DNA of 64,000 bases. Origin: Anthoceros angustus (taxonomy: Eukaryota; Plantae; Anthocerotophyta). A program made the translations under genes and the position numbers. The DNA lies in assembly GCA_010909165.1 (NCBI GenBank), contig VJWM01000025.1, positions 3,100,001 to 3,164,000 of the forward strand, in the 5' to 3' direction. Shown in pieces: positions 60,299-64,000 of the stretch. Under the pieces are notes generated by a model that saw only the letters and a list, made by a program, of their open reading frames with translations, ran no database searches and had not been told where the DNA came from. Each line of letters begins with the position of its first letter. The first letter of the stretch is position 1.

Positions 60299-61118
60299 CG
60301 ACCAAGGTTTGACGTGGGGAGAGCAGCGCGTGCAGGGTAAGCTGCACATTTGACAACGAAGTTTGTATTCGTAGGGGAGAGCAAAATACTAACCGACTGA
60401 GAATATGTTGACCAAAAAGGATGTGTTCTGGGGATGGGATATATTTTTTGTAACATGGCGGACGCCAGGCTAGATTTTGTACGTAATTGTATGCTTGGGA
60501 ACATTGTATATCTTCTGATCACGCGGAGTTGGAGAGTATCAGTTCGAATCGCTATGTACGCTGCTACGTTACCCCTTTGGTTAAACCGCGCACACACTCA
60601 AAGGTGGGCGCCATCATATCTGCCCTGGCAATCTTCATGTTCACATCTTGGGCTACCTCCTGCCTGGACACCTGATCGTGGCTCCCAGATTGTTTGAGTT
60701 TGAGGTTGAAACCCACTTGTGCCGCGGCCTTTCTATCATCTAGAGGGAGCCGTATCGATCTGTACCGCAAGAAAGAACAGCTCCTTGGTCTGTTCCCGGG
60801 TATGTCGAGTTCTGGAGATACACCGGTATGTATTGATGTATGCTATTTATTTACCTTTTCACATTTTCAAACAGCATCAGCACAGGCATAGGATTCTCAG
60901 CTTTTCCTTGGTTCAAAGTGTCCTGATCGGGAAGCTGACCAGTCAACAACCAACTATGGTACAAAGCCTCTCGCAAGTAAGCCTACATGACAAAATCACC
61001 ACCAGCGTTACTGTTTGAAGCTCTAAAAGTGCAACACGAAATTACAAGAAAGCCTTCTGGTAAGGCCCACCGCATGTCTGGAAGGGAAGGGAACATCTTA
61101 AGTGGGTCCAGGGCCTTT

Positions 61119-62526
61119 TCACTGGGCATGAAGCATATCTTTACAGCCTTCGTAGAACATCCAGGAGAGACCAGACGAGGGCATGACTTTCAAACAACTG
61201 GCCCCCACACCCCTGTACCAGCCCTTCACACCTTCGTCCTGCAGAATGCTTCTCAGCACTGTCACCATATTTGGCTTCCCCCGCGCCGGAACCCTGCCAA
61301 CCCTTCCCACCATCAACCTCTTCCTTGCCACCTCTAGAGGGAAGGTTGCAACGCTGGAGCCTAGGCCTGCGCATTACAGACGGCAGTACAGAATATTCAG
61401 CGACCAATTGGTGCGAGAATGATATGATAAGTGCCAGTGGCAGTGTGACAGACATAAGCTTACCTGCCAAGGCACCGATGATAAGAGTTTCCCAGGGTGC
61501 TAGACTTGTCTTGTCTGTTGTGCTACGGTATGTGATGTTGAGACAATCGTAGAGAGCGTAGTAAGCTGCACTATAAGGGACAAGACCAATCAAGGTGGGA
61601 GCAAGACCCCTGTAAAGAGCACCAGCTCCCTCTTGACGTACAATAGTTTGACACGCATGCCATATGCTTTGAAATGCTCCGGTCTGCACCGTAAAGCGGT
61701 CCTGTAACAGACGGAGAGGTCTGAGTCAAAGGAGGGAATCATGCGGCAGTACCAGAAAACCTTTGCAACCGGACCACCCACCTTAAGAACTTCCAAAGGA
61801 TAGCATGAAAGCGTGCTCACAACACCAGCAACAGCACCAGAAACAGCTGGTACAGAGATCCAATGCACGGGTACGTTGACCCTTTCACCTAGAAAACGGA
61901 TTTGCGGGGGCCCTTCAATTGCCCATCTCTCCTGCAAGCATGTCAGAGCCCGCTTCGTTGTCTCGAACGTGCAGAGCTCAACAGCTTGGCAAGGAGCTGT
62001 TCGAAACGCATTGATGCCATTGCCAACCCAGAGACCGCGCCAGCCTTGGGCTTGAAGCACATCTTTGAGGTTACCATTAATGGTCGGAGGACCAACACCC
62101 ACGATCAACCTTGTCCTGCGCATTGCATCACCACACAAATGAGCCAGGTTTGAGGCATTGCCTGCTGAACAGCTTCCCAAAACAATGTCGGCGGCTACCT
62201 GACGGTTTCAAGCGGAGCCACGAATGTCTTGGACAATCCTCCCGAAAACGCACCGCTTGCAAACTCACGAAAAGCCCGACTTTGAAATCCGGCCTTTCCA
62301 GCATACGAAATTGCCAAAGTTAAGCTCAATTGAGCACCGGCAGCAAACCTGAGATCTCAGAACAAGGGGAGAAATCAACCCAACCTAATGCTACACCCGC
62401 AACAGCAAGACGCCACTGGGTACAACCACTTCGGCAGCTCACCTTGATGTCTTCCCAGAGCTGAGCACTTTGCAGCTGAATCAGATTAGTGACGCTATCC
62501 TTCGACTGAGATTTCTTTGTAACCAT
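61119..62526 (-). CDS. Mitochondrial carrier family protein, Brittle1/BTL1-like adenine nucleotide transporter, multi-exon
   Basis: Three PxExxK/R signatures (APLETVR|TRL, YPLEVLK|DRF, FPLEVARKRL) and GWRGLWVGN, GALYRGL, GWYRG segments. Confidence 0.9.
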
Positions 62527-63746
62527 GCTTGCACTTCCTACTCCAGCAACCTTCCAACTCCGATAATTCCTTCGCCTCCCCGACCCCCTCTCTTCCTCAT
62601 ACGCAGCCCACGAGCCCTACCACAGGCTCGATCACCATGCCTACTTCCCTGAGCCGTCAAAGAAGCTGCATCCAGGTGCCAGGCCCGGTTCAAACTCCAT
62701 GTCTACATGGTCTGTCCCCTACGCTCCTCCCAACCCCGCTCCTCTGCCTCCATGTTCCCTAGAGGATCCCCTTACCACTCTCATCTGCCCCTGCTCTACA
62801 GACCCGCCACCTCCGTGCTGTGCCTACCCGCTCCTCATCCTCAACTCCATGTCGTCGAGCAATGTCGCAAGGCTTGCCACCAATGTAGCCACTAGCAACC
62901 TAGACAGCAGCGAAGTCATGAAACGAATCACGGAGAAAAGCCCTAGCCAGGGTTTTTCACGTTTCGGACATGGAAGGCTGTTTGTTACCTGTTGATTGCA
63001 TTTACTGCGATCAATCCGTTTGTTGCTTGCCTGAGCCCGCCAAACTATGCTATGCGATGCTAAGCCGGGAAGATTGCAGTTGGTCAAGGAAGGTACCTCG
63101 ATACAAGGCTTTGTCTGACTGTCGGCTTCCGTTTGAGGGAGTCTACAGGGTTGCTTCCAGATGCTTCATTGCTCGTGTTTTCCGGGAATTGGAAATCGTG
63201 TTTCAAGTATTCCCAGCTGAATTATCCCCAAGCACGCCGTAGCAGCTGTGGACGGGCATGGTGTAGATTCTTAAACACCAGAGAGGAGGAGCTCGGAGAT
63301 GGGGATAAAATTTTGAAAACGGCACACAGCCTATTTAGCCTGCATATCGAAGAACATCGATCAAAACCGTGGATGAAAAATGTGGTGAGAATGGACAGCT
63401 TGGAAGTCGAGGAACGTTGATCAAAACCTCGGCTGACAAATGCGGTGACAATGGATGGCTCTGGAAGCAGGATGTCACGAGGCACTGCCAATGTGTCTGC
63501 ACCGGCTCCACAAATGTCTCGACCCGCTTCACATGTGAAGGACCATGAACGGACAGAGCGGGACAACTGAACATCAGAGACCTAGAAAGTCAGGAAACAT
63601 GATCCTAAAGCCCTAACGGGGGTTTTGGTGGTTTGGAGGTTTGTGGAAGGCTGGAGGGGAAGGATGTCGGCTTGCGGGCGCTTGTGTGCATTGTCGGTGG
63701 CGAGTGTGGGTGGGATTTGAGGAGCGCAGTAGGAGGAGGGTAGAAG

Positions 63747-64000
63747 ATGCAGAGCCTTCAGGGGGCGCCGGCTGCCCGCAGTGTTGCACCTGTGACACTG
63801 CACCAGCACAGGGGACGGGATTTTCGCAACCTGCCATGGCGGTTTGCAGAGCACAGGTGCTGCGGCATCCTGTCTGGGAAAGTGCGGGTTTTGCAGAGCG
63901 CAGGCGGGAAGGCGGGGCAGCTGGTGGTGAGGTGCGGGAACGACGATGAGCTGTTTCTGGACGATGACGCGCCGGCTCCGCCTTACACCAGCTACATTGA
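63747..64000 (+). CDS. 5' end of a probable plastid-targeted protein; runs off the window
   Basis: Open frame MQSLQGAPAARSVAP...AGQLVVRC followed by acidic GNDDELFLDDD, a transit-peptide-like pattern. Confidence 0.5.
   Translation, partial: MQSLQGAPAARSVAPVTLHQHRGRDFRNLPWRFAEHRCCGILSGKVRVLQSAGGKAGQLVVRCGNDDELFLDDDAPAPPYTSYI

Noticed and set aside
62800-63600. Possible small gene between the carrier gene and the last ORF
   Set aside because: Only short ORFs without recognisable motifs; could be UTR or promoter

Overview
Eukaryotic, plant-like (probably non-seed streptophyte) genomic DNA with two halves. Positions 1-49.3 kb are a nested transposon cluster full of small indels, many of which may be assembly errors. 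It contains a TFIIB pseudogene, a Ty1/copia remnant, a Met-primed LTR element, three members of a Sola-like (DUF7869-type DDD transposase) TIR family, and a 14.3-kb Ty3/gypsy element with 4.36-kb LTRs plus redundant LTR copies. Positions 49.3-64 kb are clean, compact, intron-rich genes: a TPR-like gene, a B-box gene, WSS1B-like (UBL-WLM-PUB), a BTL1-like mitochondrial carrier and the start of a probable plastid-targeted gene, along with a CRE-like non-LTR fragment and a pogo-type element. The main finding is a complete 9.3-kb TIR transposon (11092-20380, ~30-bp TIRs, 4-bp CTAA TSD). Divergently from its transposase it carries a gene for a ParB-like domain joined to a prokaryote-type beta-class N4-cytosine/N6-adenine DNA methyltransferase; a second family member nearby retains the ParB-like part. 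The second finding is that the gypsy LTRs appear to encode a ~3-kb ORF inside U3. All protein assignments come from manual motif recognition across frameshifts; no database searches were run.
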